DNA from: Eledone cirrhosa
Taxonomy: Eukaryota
Direction of reading: 5' to 3'
Length of the DNA stretch: 64,000 nt
NCBI GenBank assembly: GCA_964016885.1
Contig: OZ024764.1
Location: 7,316,001-7,380,000, forward strand
Shown here: positions 11,132 through 25,437 of the stretch, piece after piece
Layout: every line of letters begins with the position of its first letter
Position numbering within the stretch: the stretch's first letter is position 1
Program-made: the position numbers and the translations under genes
Notes under the pieces: generated by a model
Told to the model about the DNA's origin: nothing
The model's database searches: none
What the model saw: only the letters and a program-made list of their open reading frames with translations

Positions 11132-14090
11132 GTAAGGATATAACTTTTTGATCCCCCCTCGTATACGTGCTGCAACTTCCTTGAATCGGAACTCAGCACA
11201 ACATGAAAGTTTTAGTCTGCGTGATGATGGGTAGATCTGGAGGTTTGTTAAGGCTGGTGAAACGTGAAAGAGAGATACCAGCTGGTCTGAGTGCGCTCTA
11301 CCCACAATAACTGGCAATGAAAAAACTGCAACAACTCTGGGAAACTAAACCAGAACAACCTGCCACCCTCTACACACCATCATAAACTGCAAGCAGGGTA
11401 CAAATTGTTGTCCTTAAATGCTCGCAGTTTATGCAACAAGATACATCTGTTTAACTCCTACGTCAGAAGCATCGACCCTGACTTCATCACAGTCACGGAA
11501 ACATGGGCGCATTCCTTACTCTGTGGTGGGGTTTTCAGCATTACTGGGTACAACCTGTTCCGCAAGGACCGCATTAATCGCCGTGGTGGTGGTGTGATGG
11601 TCTACGTTCGTTCAAATTTTTCGGTAATTCCTTGCGTTGATTTGAATGAATCACAAGAAGTTTTTTTCTGTGACATACGTATGACCATATCAACACTGCT
11701 ACTTGGTGTTGTTTATCTCCCCCCCAAACTACCATCAGGACACACAGCTTTGCGATACCCTCAGAGCTGCTGCCAGGAAAACAGCCACTTATGTGTTTAT
11801 TGCAGGTGACTTCAATCATCCTGAAATCGATTGGGAAACCTTTCGTTTGCCACAAAGTGCAAACGATTTCCTTGGGCTAGTGCTGGACTCAAACTGGTCA
11901 CAAGTAGTCACCTCTCCAACAAGAGGTGACAACACTTTGGACCTGCTCTTCACCACTACTCCTGAAGGGGTTATCAGTTGTACTACTGAGGAACCTCTAG
12001 GCAACACGGATCATGCTATGATCATTGCCAATCTGGCTCTTGCGGGCAGCAACAAAAACCAGAACCATCTCCAATCTGCTTGCTTTGATTGGAAGAAAGC
12101 AGATTGGAACTTGTACTGGACTGAGCTACAGAGCCCAAACTGGCATGAGTTCTATAACTCTGGAGATGTGAACGCTATACTCCAGAGCATCCTGAACTCA
12201 ATATGGATAGCGTGTGCAGCATCAGTGCCATGTAAGCAGAAAAAAAACCACCCCAAAAGTGCAATTTGGGAAACTTCAGCAGTCCGACTTGCCAGGAAAG
12301 AATGTCGAAATGTTGAACGGGAATATAAATTGCATAAATCAGATGCCAACAGAAAAAAGCAGAATAAATCTTCCAACCATCTCAAGCAAGTGACAAAAAC
12401 GGCAGTGCTTGAATTTGAACAGGGCATAGTAACCAATCCTGACAGTAAGGTGTTCTGGAAATATGTACATTCAAAGCAGAGACCTCACTCTCCAGTTGAT
12501 CTTCTTCGCAATCCTCACACAAGCCAGATCACTGATGATCCCAAAGAATTGTACAGAACTCATTGCTGAGTGCTATGCAAGCATTTTTACTGTTGAAAAC
12601 CAGAATGTACCATCTCCACCATCTCTAACATCAAATTCCATAACAACTATGGAATTTACACCTGCAATGCTGTGACGTCACCTTAAGAACAAGCACAACT
12701 ATGCCTCCCCTGGTCTTGATGGTGTGACATACCTGCTTCTCAAACGTTGCGGGTATTTCCTTTTGCACCAGCTTTCTTTCTTCTTTCAATACTGTCTCAA
12801 CAATGGTGCTACTCCGGAGCAGTGGAAAACTGCCAGTGTCATTCCCCTGTTCAAAAAGGTCGACCGCACGTCACCTGTCAACTATCGTCCAGTCAGTCTT
12901 ACTAGCTGTATTGCCAAACTGATGGAATCCTGTGTCAGAGAAACACTTTGGAACTTCTGGAGCTCTCACAGCCTCATCCGGCCCTCGCTGTTTGGATTTA
13001 TCCCTAACTCCAGCTGCTGTGAACAGCTTATCGAGTTTCTTGAAGACATTACTCGGATCACTGACAGCGGCTCATGGGTGGATGTTGTCTACCTTGACTT
13101 CGCTAAGGCTTTTAATTCTGTGCCACACAAAAGACTTATGACGAAACTCTCTGCAATGGGTGTGAAGGATGATCTTTTCGACTGGTTGAAATCCTTCATT
13201 CTCAGCCGAAAAGAGGTAGTCACGGTTCTAGGACAGCATTCTTCACCATATGAGATGTCATCTGGTGTACCACAGGGATCTGTTCTTGGTCCCCTTTTGT
13301 TTGTTGCATACATTAATGACATAGATGACAACCTAAAGAATGCCACAGTATACAGATGACATCAAGCTGTACCTTGAAATAAATCAAAAGGACAGATTCT
13401 GAAATCTATAACTCTTTCCTACAATCAGACCTGGACACAATGCAGCAATGGATCACAGACTGGCAACTGAAGCTGGCTGTGGACAAGTATACCACCATGC
13501 ATTTTGGGAGGAAAAATCCAGCGTCTACATACTCCTTCCACAACACTGATATCAAGAAGTCTTCTTGTGAACGTGACCTGGGTATTACTGTCAGCAGCGA
13601 TTTGCGTTGGACAAAGCACATGTCTAAAATTGTCAAGAAGGCCGAGGGCATCTTGGCATCACTCAGCAAGACCTTTGTTAGCCGCTCTCCAGCCATCTAT
13701 TTAAAGCTGTATACAGCTATGGTACAACCACACTTGGAATTCGCATCATCAGTCTGGAACCCCTATCTTGCTCAGAACATTGACCTCCTGGAAACTGTTC
13801 AGAGACGTGCAACCAAGCGCATACCCTCCATCAGACACCTACCATACTTTGAATGTCTTGCTTCCCTGGGCATGGATTTATTGAAGCTCCGACGTATGGC
13901 AATGGACTTGGTAAACACCCACAAAGTTATTAACCATCTCGCAAACAACAACCCTGAGAACCTTTTTGATCTCGATGTGTCTAACACCCGTGGGCATGCC
14001 TACAAAGTCAGAAAACAGCACAGCTCCCATGACTTTCGTAGACATTTTTTCACGCTTAGAGGAGTTGCTGAAGCATGGAACAAACTGCAT
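11132..14090 (+). mobile_element. CR1-like (CR1/L2/Jockey group) LINE with near-complete APE+RT ORF2, disrupted by frameshifts and stops
   Basis: APE motifs LNARSL, VTETW, RKDR..RGGGV, GDFN.P.IDW, PTRGDNTLDL, TDH; RT motifs NYRPVSLTS, LDFAKAFNSVPH, GVPQGSVLGPLLF..YIND; C-terminal LETVQRRATK. Confidence 0.9.
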
Positions 14091-14542
14091 CCCTTAATTT
14101 TTTTTTTTTATTCTTATCTTATATACATCATATTTTATTTGTATCGACCTTCCGTCTGACACTGCGTTGACTTTATACACTCCCTTCCCTGTATATACCA
14201 CATACATGTATGTGGTTGTGCGTGTGTGTATGTTTATATGTGTGTGTCCTTTCATCCTTGTATGTGTATATATTTCAGCCCTTAGTCCCTGAGTCTGTAT
14301 GTACGCTAACTCCATTATCTTACAATTTCTATTTTCAACATATATATATATATATATGTATTTGTGGTCACACATTCACTAATATGTTTGCCCTCATGTA
14401 TGTACTTGCGCACACATTTTTTCACTATACACACACATCTACATTTGTAAGTGCATATACACACATTTATACACATCCCTTTACTATATTTCTTTATTTT
14501 TATTTTTTATACATGTCTTGTATTATTACTTTTATTTTATAA

Positions 14543-14732
14543 GGGCGGTGGATTGGCAGTATCGGTGGAGGGTTGGACGCCATGCTTTCCAGCATAGTTA
14601 TGTCTCTTTACGATCTGAGTTCAAATCCCGCCGAGGTTGACTTTGCCTTTCATCCTTACGGGGTCGATAAAATAAAGTACCAGTAATGCACTGGTAATTG
14701 CTGGCCTTGTGCCTAAAGTAGAAACAATTATT
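14543..14732 (+). mobile_element. tRNA-derived SINE, family A (other copies ~17895-18065 +, 29349-29537 -, 40470-40608 +, 50900-51090 -, 57105-57292 +, 63630-63750 +)
   Basis: A-box-like TGGCAGTATCGG, B box GAGTTCAAATCCC, central GCCTTTCATCCTTACGGGGTCGATAAAATAAAGTACCAG (MetaSINE-domain-like); at least 7 copies in the window. Confidence 0.85.
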
Positions 14733-15649
14733 ACTTTTATTTATTTTTTGCCCGTTAAACTTTTAGGCTTTTTTGAGGAGATTTTCAAATATTTCACTGT
14801 TTTAAATTGCCTTGTCTGACGAACGAATGCGGACGTTTCTTGTATTCGGGAAACCTTTGGTAATGAGGTAATTATATTGTATTTTTTATTATACATTAAA
14901 TATATATATATATTTATATAGGAAAATGTTTGACCCCAACGGCAGAGCTCAAGCCGTTTCGACGGCTATTTCTGGACAGTCTTCTGGGTAGCTTCATAAA
15001 TAGAGAGAGAAAGAGATAGTGGTTGTGACAGAGTAGCTTGAAAGAGAGACATAGAGAGAGGGAGAGGAGACAGAGAAGGAGAATGGAAGAGAGAGAGAGA
15101 GCTGGTGGTGTTGTTGTGTTACCAATTTTAAATAGGGAGTTTCCTTCCACCCTGTATATTGCCCAAGTTCCTGTAGTGAGTCAAGGATATACCCAGACAA
15201 TTATAAACACTGGTAGACATCAATGGTGCCTATGTAGAATTTTAACACTGGACTATATTTCTACCATTATACTGTTTAAAGTAAAACATGGTTTATAAAA
15301 ATTGACCTATCTATCTATTACTAAAAGTATGGGCACATAACGGGAAAAATATTTTGAAAGGAAGTTGCCCCTAAGTGGGAATACAAATGGAATAAAACAA
15401 GTTTTGTGTAAATCTGACCACGGGTTCCCGAGATATGGGTTTTTACAGGGTACCTTCATAAAGAGAGGGAGATAGAGATAGTGGTTGTGAGAGAGAGAGA
15501 GAGAAGGAGAATGGAAGAGAGAGCTGGTGGTGGTGTTGTGTATATGTGTGTGTGTCTATGACCAGTGTATATTGATCACAGACACACACACACATACATA
15601 TATATATTTATACACACACACACACACACACACATATATACACACACCA

Positions 15650-15707
15650 CACATATATATATATAGGCCTTCCAGTTTCATTTCACATTATATACATGTC
15701 TGTATAT

Positions 15708-15785
<78 letters not shown>

Positions 15786-16032
15786 GGCCTTCCTGTTTCA
15801 TTTCACACTATATACATGTCTGTATATCACATATATACACACACCACACACACATATATATATATATATAGGCCTTCCTGTTTCATTTCACATTATATAC
15901 ATGTCTGTATATCACATATACACACACCACACACACATATATATATATATATAGGCCTTCCAGTTTCATTTCACATTATATACATGTCTGTATATCACAT
16001 ATATACACACACCACACATATATATATATATA
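15650..16032. repeat. ~85-bp compound minisatellite (core GGCCTTCCAGTTTCATTTCACATTATATACATGTCTG plus CA/TA tracts)
   Basis: 4 units; the same family lies at 19573-19769 and 22655-24312. Confidence 0.95.
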
Positions 16033-17450
16033 TCTGTTAGAACACGAAAAGTGTGAAACAACAGAATGTTCACTTTTCGTGTTCTAACATATATGCGTAG
16101 CTTCTTAAAAAATTTTTCGGGGATAGCCGTGGTGGTGGTGATCGTATGTCATTGGCTAATTTTCAACCAATCAGAGTACCTCTCTCTATATCTCTTCCAC
16201 TGTTACTTACGCCTGTTTCTCTCTATCTGTTCCGTCTCTATATATATCTGTTACTCTTTCGCTTTGCACTCCTCCCCTTCAATACCATCTCTCCCCCTCT
16301 CTATATATTTGTTACTCTATCGCTGCACGCTCCTCTCCTTCAATATATCAATTACACACGCTTTACACTCCTTTATCTCCAGCGCCCCCATATATACACC
16401 CCCCCCCCCTCTCCCGCATCTATATTTTAATGTACCGTTGCACCGTGAATATATGTGTCTATATATATATACATATATATTGTATATACACATTCATGTA
16501 TGTGTATACACACTCATGTATGTATATACACTGGTTTTATGTGTGTATTGTAAATTTGTACTGTTAAAACACGAAACTAACATTCGATTGACACTTTGAT
16601 TACCTGTACAGGCAATAGTTATTAGAATGCTGTTGAAGTGTGTATATATTTTTGGGGGACATCCTGTATATACACACATTATATATAATACAATAAACAG
16701 ATAAATACACACATATATATATGAGCTTATTTAATTATAAATATTGTGAATTTTTAACTCAGTTCAATTATATATATAAATGGTTTCTACAGGACTAGAA
16801 CTGTTTCATTCGAAAGAAATCATCATAATATTGAGAGGGGGGACTAGATAAAATATTTCAAATCAAATGTGTATAAGTTATAAGTTAAAATGTATAAATA
16901 GAGACGATAGTGGAGGTATATCTGTTTAGTTGAACAGTAGACGATAGAATTAAATACAGACGATAATCTCCCTTTAATGAAACAGCAGACGATAGAATTA
17001 AGGCAATTTAAATTTTAAGCATTTGCATTTTTGCCTTTCATCGTTACGGGGTCGATAAAATAAAGTACCAGTAATACACTGTCACTAGACGACTTTCAAA
17101 TTGAATTGTTGGTTCCATTTCTTTAGTATTTTCAATTGTAGTTATCTACTTAAAAAGCGTTACACGGTTAGAGACATAATTCGTAAGTTATATCTTCCCT
17201 ATTAAACCATTGCATTATTTCGCCTACAATAGAACAAAAATGAAATGTTCTTTAAAGAAACAGGAATATAACTTTATAAAAAAAAAAGTTGCATCCGCTT
17301 CTTTTATCATTGATAATTTTTTCGTTTTAATATTAATTGTTTTTTGTAGTTGTTTATATTAAAAATCTTACTGTAATATTTACTTAAACGAAGGCAAACA
17401 TCTAAACTTATAGATTAATCTTGAGCGAAGGACTAGATAAATCTCTCTCC

Positions 17451-17502
<52 letters not shown>

Positions 17503-18616
17503 GAAGAATGATAAAATTTCAAGCAAAGAGTTTAATTAGGTATATTTTGTAATATTATTAACTAATTATTATAATTAACGCGCATATTTTGCTATCCTCA
17601 AACACGTTTACACATGGCATGAAATATAACTAATCCGAGATGGCTAGGTTTCATCTTCTAACTGGATATACGAAATCCATTATGTCTTGACAACAACATG
17701 AGGTAACATTATGTTATTCACAGACACACTTTGTACACTGTTCCATATCAGAATGTATTTCCTTCGTCACATTCACAAACAGTATTGAAAATATGTTCTT
17801 CGGCAAATAAAAATGTTTTGTTCATAATATTTCAACTAGCGATTGCTCTACTCCACGCACGACCACCATAAATTAATGACCAGCTCAACACAAGTATTGG
17901 TAGACCGTCAGACACCATGCTTTGCAGTATTGTTATGGTCCTTTGCATTCTAAGTTCAAATCCTGCCGAGGTTAACTTCGACTTTCATACTTACTAATTC
18001 GATAAAATAAAGTACCAGTAATGGACTGCCGTAATGGATTTGTGCCGAAAAATAGAAACACTATTAATGTGCAATAAGAGCAAAATATAACGACATTGCT
18101 CAATTATTTTATCTAATGTTGTAATAACACAAGGAAATGTTGTTTGTGTATTTTTTTTTATATTTGCTCATAGGCTTTTACAATTTCGCTCAGCCAACAA
18201 CTATTAAAAAGTGAGTTGCTTAAGATAACAATTTAATCACAAATTGTTGCTATCTTTTAATACACTCCAACAAGTCATCAAATTATGTACAATAAAAACA
18301 AATCTTATTAATTTGCTCAGGGAATATAAAGAAAATGTATATACACTGATAATTGCAATTGTATGTAAATATTTTGTTTTTGTATTGTATATTTTATGTT
18401 TTCTATTATGTATAATATATTGATTTAATATTGATTGTTTTTTGTAGTTGTTTATATTAAAAGTCTGAAAATATTTTTATACATCTTACACTAATATTTA
18501 TAAGATAATTTATAATAACAATTACATAATCTAATTACATTACAACGATAATTTATTATTAATATATATCCTGTTTAACTAGAGTTATTACAAGCGTTGC
18601 CTTAAAAAAATATTAA

Positions 18617-19573
18617 ACTAGACATGAAAAATGCGCAAGCTCAAAAGTGCCACAGAATGTTATAATAAACCTTCAAAAGTGTGGGACTAGAGTTGTTGCT
18701 AAAAAATATTGTAATCATTATATATCGTACATTCTGTGGCATCCTTTATAAAAATAGCTTAAACCAACGAAGCCTTTATTTTTACGCTATTTCACTTAGT
18801 TAATTCTTAGAGTGTAACATATAAAAATAAATACATCTATGTTTAATGTAATAACAGCTATAAATAATTACGTAATATTATTATCATATACTCATAGTAA
18901 CAAAATAATTGTGTTGAAACTTAATATGATGCTTATATGAACGATCAAATCTATAATGATAATTTCTTAAATATACTAATAGTAAAATAATTTAGTTATC
19001 TATTGTTACATTTTCATAGAACTATAATATTAACAATCGTATTGCATTATCAAATTTTTATCACTACAAACTTTCATATTGGAATTACCTTAAGCCACTT
19101 ATTATTACTTCGCTTTCGTACTTTTACAGCTGTAGATATTGCGCTGTATCTTATATCTAATATCAATATCTCGTGGTAATTTGCATGAAGTGTAAAATAG
19201 GTTTATTAATAACTTTAATATGAAATGTATTATACAGGGCTGCGGAGTCGACCAAAAATTGACTGGCTCCAACTCAGGATCCGATACTCCATTATTTCCT
19301 AAATTTCAGCTCCGCAGCTCTGTTATTATATTAATTAATTTATTTTATAGTTGTAAATGATATTTTTATATGTTACACTCTAAGAATTAACTAAGTGAAA
19401 TAGCGTAAAAATAAAGGCTTCGTTGGTTTAAGCTATTTTTATAAAGGATGCCACAGAATGTACGATATATAATGATTACAATATTTTTTAGCAACAACTC
19501 TAGTCCCACACTTTTGAAGGTTTATTATAACATTCTGTGGCACTTTTGAGCTTGCGCATTTTTCATGTCTAGT
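18617..19573. repeat. ~213-bp inverted repeat (18617-18829 / 19361-19573), homologous to the Helitron-internal block 1888-2410
   Basis: Arms appear to be near-perfect reverse complements; 18420-18780 duplicates 2080-2410. Confidence 0.85.
19235..19322. mobile_element. 88-bp hAT-like MITE
   Basis: TIRs CAGGGCTGCGGAG / CTCCGCAGCTCTG; flanks GTATTATA / TTATTATA (8-bp TSD with one mismatch). Confidence 0.65.
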
Positions 19574-19641
19574 ATATATATAGGCCTTCCAGTTTCATTT
19601 CACATTATATACATGTCTGTATATCACATATATACACACAC

Positions 19642-19679
<38 letters not shown>

Positions 19680-19736
19680 CCTTCCAGTTTCATTTCACAT
19701 TATATACATGTCTGTATATCACATATATACACACAC

Positions 19737-19769
<33 letters not shown>

Positions 19770-19774
<5 letters not shown>

Positions 19775-22151
19775 TGTTGTAAACACTAAATCCCTCCCCC
19801 ATGAAGAATGCACCTCCCAACATAGACTGATAATTAGCGACCTCATAGTCAGGACGAGACGTACTCGACAACAGAAGAGGACTATCCTCAGGAGGAAAAT
19901 ATGGAAGCTAAAGGACCCCACAGCCAGGAATAAATTTCAAAGCATATTACTTGATGCTTTCGACAGTAAGGAAGAACATTTAGAGTCGGACAATATAGAG
20001 GGAGAGTGGGAATTTCTGAAAGCAAACCTGCTGTTGGCGACAGACGAAGTCTGTGGCTGGAGCAGGCCTGTAGGCAGGAGGAGAGTAACATGGTGGTGGA
20101 ACAGTAAGGTGGAGGGGTCAATTAAGGTCAAAAAGCAGGCTTGGAAAGTATGGCGGGATGGGGGAAGTAGAGAGGACTATCAAGTGGCCAGGAGGAAAGC
20201 TAGGAGACAAGTGTACTTAGCAAGAAGGGAAGCTGAGGAAAGAAAGTTCAAGCATGTTCTACAACGCGATGACCAAAAACGTGAGGTGTTCAGGATTGCT
20301 AGGCAATGCGTCAAGGAAAACCGTGATATTGTCGGGGAGAAGTGTGTACTAAACGACGATGGCACACTTGCCATCACCGACGCTGATAAGAAGGTAGCTT
20401 GGAAGTGTCACTATGAAAGGCTACTAAATGAGGAGAATAATTGGGAGAAAGGCAGCCTCCCCCATATCGACCCAATAGAGGGACCAGCAGTGTTAGTCGA
20501 GGGGAGTATAATAAGTAAGGCAATCAAGGATATGAAGACGGGTAAGGCGGCTGGGCCTTCGGAAATAGTTGCTGAGATGCTGAAGGCATCTGGCACGGTG
20601 GGACACACCATGGTCACCCGCATAGTTAACCAAGTCGTACAGAATGGGGTTGTTCCGAAGGACTGGCATAGCAGCATCATCGTTAACTGTTATAAGGGTA
20701 AAGGAGACGCCCTAGATAGGAGTAACTATAGAGGCATTAAATTAATCGACCAGGTCATGAAGGTCACGGAAAAAGTAATAGCGCAACTAATCAGAGAGAG
20801 AATTGACCTAGATGAAATGCAGTTCGGGTTTGTGTCAGGCAAAAGTACCACAGACGCTCTTTTCATAGTACGACAACTACAGGAGAAGTACCTAGCTAAA
20901 GGTAAACCCCTCTACTTAGCTTTTGTCGACTTGGAGAAAGCCTTCGACAGAGTCCCCCGCTCCATTATCTGGTGGGCTCTTAGAAAACTAGGCGTTGACG
21001 AATGGCTTGTGAGGGCTATACAAGCCATGTATAAAGAAACAGTCAGCAAGGTTAGAATTAACAACGAATATAGTGAAGAGTTTAGCGTAAAAGTTGGCGT
21101 CCATCAGGGCTCTGTTCTCAGCCCACTACTATTTATTATTGCCCTTCAGGCTATAACAGAGGAGTTCAAGACAGGCTGCCCATGGGAACTCCTATACGCA
21201 GACGACCTGACACTCATAGCGGAATCAATGGCCGAGCTAGAGAAGAAATTCCAAACATGGAAGCACGGCCTAGAGTCAAAAGGACTTAAAATTAACCTGG
21301 CTAAGACCAAAGTACTAGTTTGTAGGAAAGAAAACAGGGCGGCGGTCCCTTCTGGGAAATGGTCGTGCTCGGTGTGTAGGAAAGGCGTAGGTAGAAACTC
21401 CATTTTATGTCCTAAATGCAAAGTATGGGTGCATAAAAGATGTAGTGGGATCACAGGTAAGCTAACTAAGAACATAGATTTTACATGTGGCCGGTGCTCT
21501 GGTGCAATAAGTAGCAGCAAGTGCCCACAAACTACTAGCTCTTTCAATTGCGCAGAGGGTTCTATAGAAATAGTGGACAGCTTCCGTTACCTGGGCGATA
21601 AAATCAGCAGTGGGGGAGGGTGCTCTGAAAGTACTGTAGCTAGAGTCAGAACTGGTTGGAAAAAGTTCAGAGAGCTTATACCACTATTAGCTGCTAAAGG
21701 GTTCTCACTAAAAATGAAAGGCAGGTTGTACGATGCCTGCATACGAACAGCAATGCTGCATGGCAGTGAGACCTGGGCATTGTGTGCAGAGGATATACGC
21801 AGACTAGAGAGGAACGAAGCTTGCATGCTCCGCTGGATGTGTAACAGTAATATACGTGAACGGCAAAGCATAAACGAACTAAGGAAAAAATTAGAGATAA
21901 GAGGGATCAGATGTTGTTTACTCGAGAGAAGGCTACGTTGGTATGGACACGTGATGCGCATGAAAGTCGATAGCTGTATAACAAAGTGCAGGGCAATAAA
22001 GATAGACGGTAGTCACGGAATAGGCAGACCTAGAAAAACCTGGGACGAGCTGATAAACTCCGACATCACACACTTACACCTCTCCAAGACAATGTCACTG
22101 GACCGAGACCTTTGGCGGTACTCAGTAACAGAGAAGACCCGCCTTACCTAA
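19770..22151 (+). CDS. RTE LINE ORF2, 793 aa, uninterrupted but 5'-truncated (end of APE, complete RT, embedded C4HC3 finger)
   Basis: NYRGIKL, QFGF, FVDLEKAFDRVPR, GVHQGSVLSPLLF, LYADD, FRYLG, RRLRWYGHVMR; begins at the last APE motif (SQHRLI). Confidence 0.92.
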
Positions 22152-22655
22152 ATATATAGTAAAACCTACTCCAGCCAGTAGGCATCTCTAACAAAATACA
22201 CCCCGTCCCACCACCCCCGCCCCCACCCCATCCACACCACCCCGTTCTATGTAAAGTTATGTTGGTGCCGCGCCATCGAGGCCGAAACAAATGAGATCGT
22301 GTAGGTGTCACGACAAAAAAACACACAGTCCACGCTGTAATGTGGCCGTGTAGGCAACACGGTAAAAACCTCCCAGACCCACACTGTAAATGTGGTTGGT
22401 GTTAGGAAGGGCATCCAACTGTAGAAAACCTGCCAGACAGTCGACGCTGTAATGTGGCCGTGTAGGCAACACGGTAAAATCCTCCCAGACCCATACTGTA
22501 AATGTGGTTGGTGTTAGGAAGGGCATCCAACTGTAGAAAACCTGCCAGACAGTCCTATGCGAGCAAGACAATCACTCTTGCCTCAAGTGGGACTACCCCC
22601 GTCCAAACCCATGCAAGCGTGGAACACGGACGTTAAACGTTGATGATGATGATAT
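22152..22655 (+). mobile_element. RTE 3' UTR and (GAT)n tail
   Basis: Ends CCCATGCAAGCGTGGAACACGGACGTTAAACGTT(GAT)n; has an internal ~115-bp duplication; the same tail is found on other copies. Confidence 0.88.
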
Positions 22656-22871
22656 ATATAGGCCTTCCAGTTTCATTTCACATTATATACATGTCTGTAT
22701 ATCACATATATACACACACCACACACATATATATATATATATATATATAGGCCTTCCAGTTTCATTTCACATTATATACATGTCTGTATATCACATATAT
22801 ACACACCACACACATATATATATATATATAGGCCTTCCAGTTTCATTTCACATTATATACATGTCTGTATA

Positions 22872-22902
<31 letters not shown>

Positions 22903-23209
22903 TACACACACCACATATATATATATATATATATATATATAGGCCTTCCTGTTTCATTTCACATTATAAACATGTCTGTATATCACATATATACACACAC
23001 ACACATATATACACACACCACACATATATACACACACCACACATATATATATATATATATATAGGCCTTCCAGTTTCATTTCACATTATATACATGTCTG
23101 TATATCACATATATACACACACCACACATATATATATATATATATATAGGCCTTCCAGTTTCATTTCACATTATATACATGTCTGTATATCACATATATA
23201 TACACACAC

Positions 23210-23247
<38 letters not shown>

Positions 23248-23304
23248 CCTTCCAGTTTCATTTCACATTATATACATGTCTGTATATCACATATATACAC
23301 ACAC

Positions 23305-23344
<40 letters not shown>

Positions 23345-23575
23345 CCTTCCAGTTTCATTTCACATTATATACATGTCTGTATATCACATATATACACACA
23401 CCACACACATATATATATATATATATATATAGGCCTTCCAGTTTCATTTCACATTATATACATGTCTGTATATCACATATATACACACACCACACACATA
23501 TATATATATATATATATAGGCCTTCCAGTTTCATTTCACATTATATACATGTCTGTATATCATATATACACACAC

Positions 23576-23631
<56 letters not shown>

Positions 23632-23872
23632 CCTTCCAGTTTCATTTCACATTATATACATGTCTGTATATCACATATATACACACACACATATATACAC
23701 ACACCACACACATATATATATATATATAGGCCTTCCTGTTTCATTTCACATTATATACATGTCTGTATATCACATATATACACACACCACACACATATAT
23801 ATATATATATATAGGCCTTCCTGTTTCATTTCACATTATATACATGTCTGTATATCACATATATACACACAC

Positions 23873-23906
<34 letters not shown>

Positions 23907-24050
23907 GGCCTTCCAGTTTCATTTCACATTATATACATGTCTGTATATCACATATATACACACACCACACACACATATATATATATATATAGGCCTTCCA
24001 GTTTCATTTCACATTATATACATGTCTGTATATCACATATATACACACAC

Positions 24051-24084
<34 letters not shown>

Positions 24085-24143
24085 GGCCTTCCAGTTTCAT
24101 TTCACATTATATACATGTCTGTATATCACATATATACACACAC

Positions 24144-24191
<48 letters not shown>

Positions 24192-24312
24192 CCTTCCAGT
24201 TTCATTTCACATTATATACATGTCTGTATATCACATATATACACACACCACACACACATATATATATATATAGGCCTTCCAGTTTCATTTCACATTATAT
24301 ACATGTCTGTAT
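22655..24312. repeat. Compound minisatellite array (roughly 18-19 units) into which the RTE inserted
   Basis: Same core as 15650-16032; units on both sides of the RTE (19573-19769 and here). Confidence 0.95.
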
Positions 24313-24621
24313 ATTTTAATTAATTAAAAAATATTTTGAAGTAAACATGACCTAATGGGTCACAGGTCGTCTTGTAATTAATAAAGTTATTAAAAGTTTT
24401 AAATAAGGAGTTTATTTCCATCCACCTTGCATTATACATTCTATACAGGTATTTTAACCCTTTAATGTTGAAACTGGCCAAAACCAGCCAGAATTCTCTA
24501 CCTCTTTCTGTTGAAACTGGCTGTAACTGGTCACTCAAGCTGATGTTAAGGTATTGTTCTCAAAATACATACTTTCAAAATCTCATAGATCCGATATTAT
24601 GTGAGGTAAAGCCTTTACTGT

Positions 24622-25437
24622 CATCATCATCATCATCATCATCATTATCGTTTAACGTCCATCTTCCACGCTTGCATGGGTTTGGACGGGAGTTTTCCCA
24701 CTTGAGGCAAGATTTGTTGTCCTGCTCGTATAGGACTGTCTGGCGGGTTTTCTACGGCTGGATGCCCTTCCTAACACCAACCACGTTTACAGTGTGGACT
24801 GGGAGGTTTTTACAGTGTTACCTACACGGCCACATTACATCGTGGACTGTGTGTTTTTTTGTCGTGACACCTACACGTTTGGCGGGTTTTCTACGGCTGG
24901 GTGCCCTTCCCAACACCAACCACGTTTACAGTGTGGACTGGGAGGTTTTTATAGTGTTACCTACATGGCCACATTACATCGTGGACTGTGTGTTTTTTTG
25001 TCGTGACACCTACACGGCTGGGTGCCCTTCCCAACACCAACCACGTTTACAGTGTGGACTGGGAGGTTTTTACAGTGTTACCTACATGGCCACATTACAT
25101 CGTGGACTGTGTGTTTTTTTGTCGTGACACCTACACGGCTGGGTGCCCTTCCCAACACCAACCACGTTTACAGTGTGGACTGGGAGGTTTTTACAGTGTT
25201 ACCTACATGGCCACATTACATCGTGGACTGTGTGTTTTTTTGTCGTGACACCTACACGGCTGGGTGCCCTTCCCAACACCAACCACGTTTACAGTGTGGA
25301 CTGGGAGGTTTTTACAGTGTTACCTACATGGCCACATTACATCGTGGACTGTGTGTTTTTTTGTCGTGACACCTACACGGCTGGGTGCCCTTCCCAACAC
25401 CAACCACGTTTACAGTGTGGACTGGGAGGTTTTTACC
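24622..25437 (-). mobile_element. RTE 3' UTR fragment with a 121-bp segment tandemly amplified (~5 copies)
   Basis: (CAT)n tail at 24622-24645; reverse complement of 22295-22650; period 121 (24895, 25016, 25137...). Confidence 0.9.

Noticed and set aside
11405-14159. Active CR1-type element
   Set aside because: Multiple frameshifts and stops, including disruption at the YADD catalytic motif (~13350)
17560-17890. Cys-rich coding-like stretch on the minus strand
   Set aside because: Stops in all frames examined, no splice signals or recognisable motif
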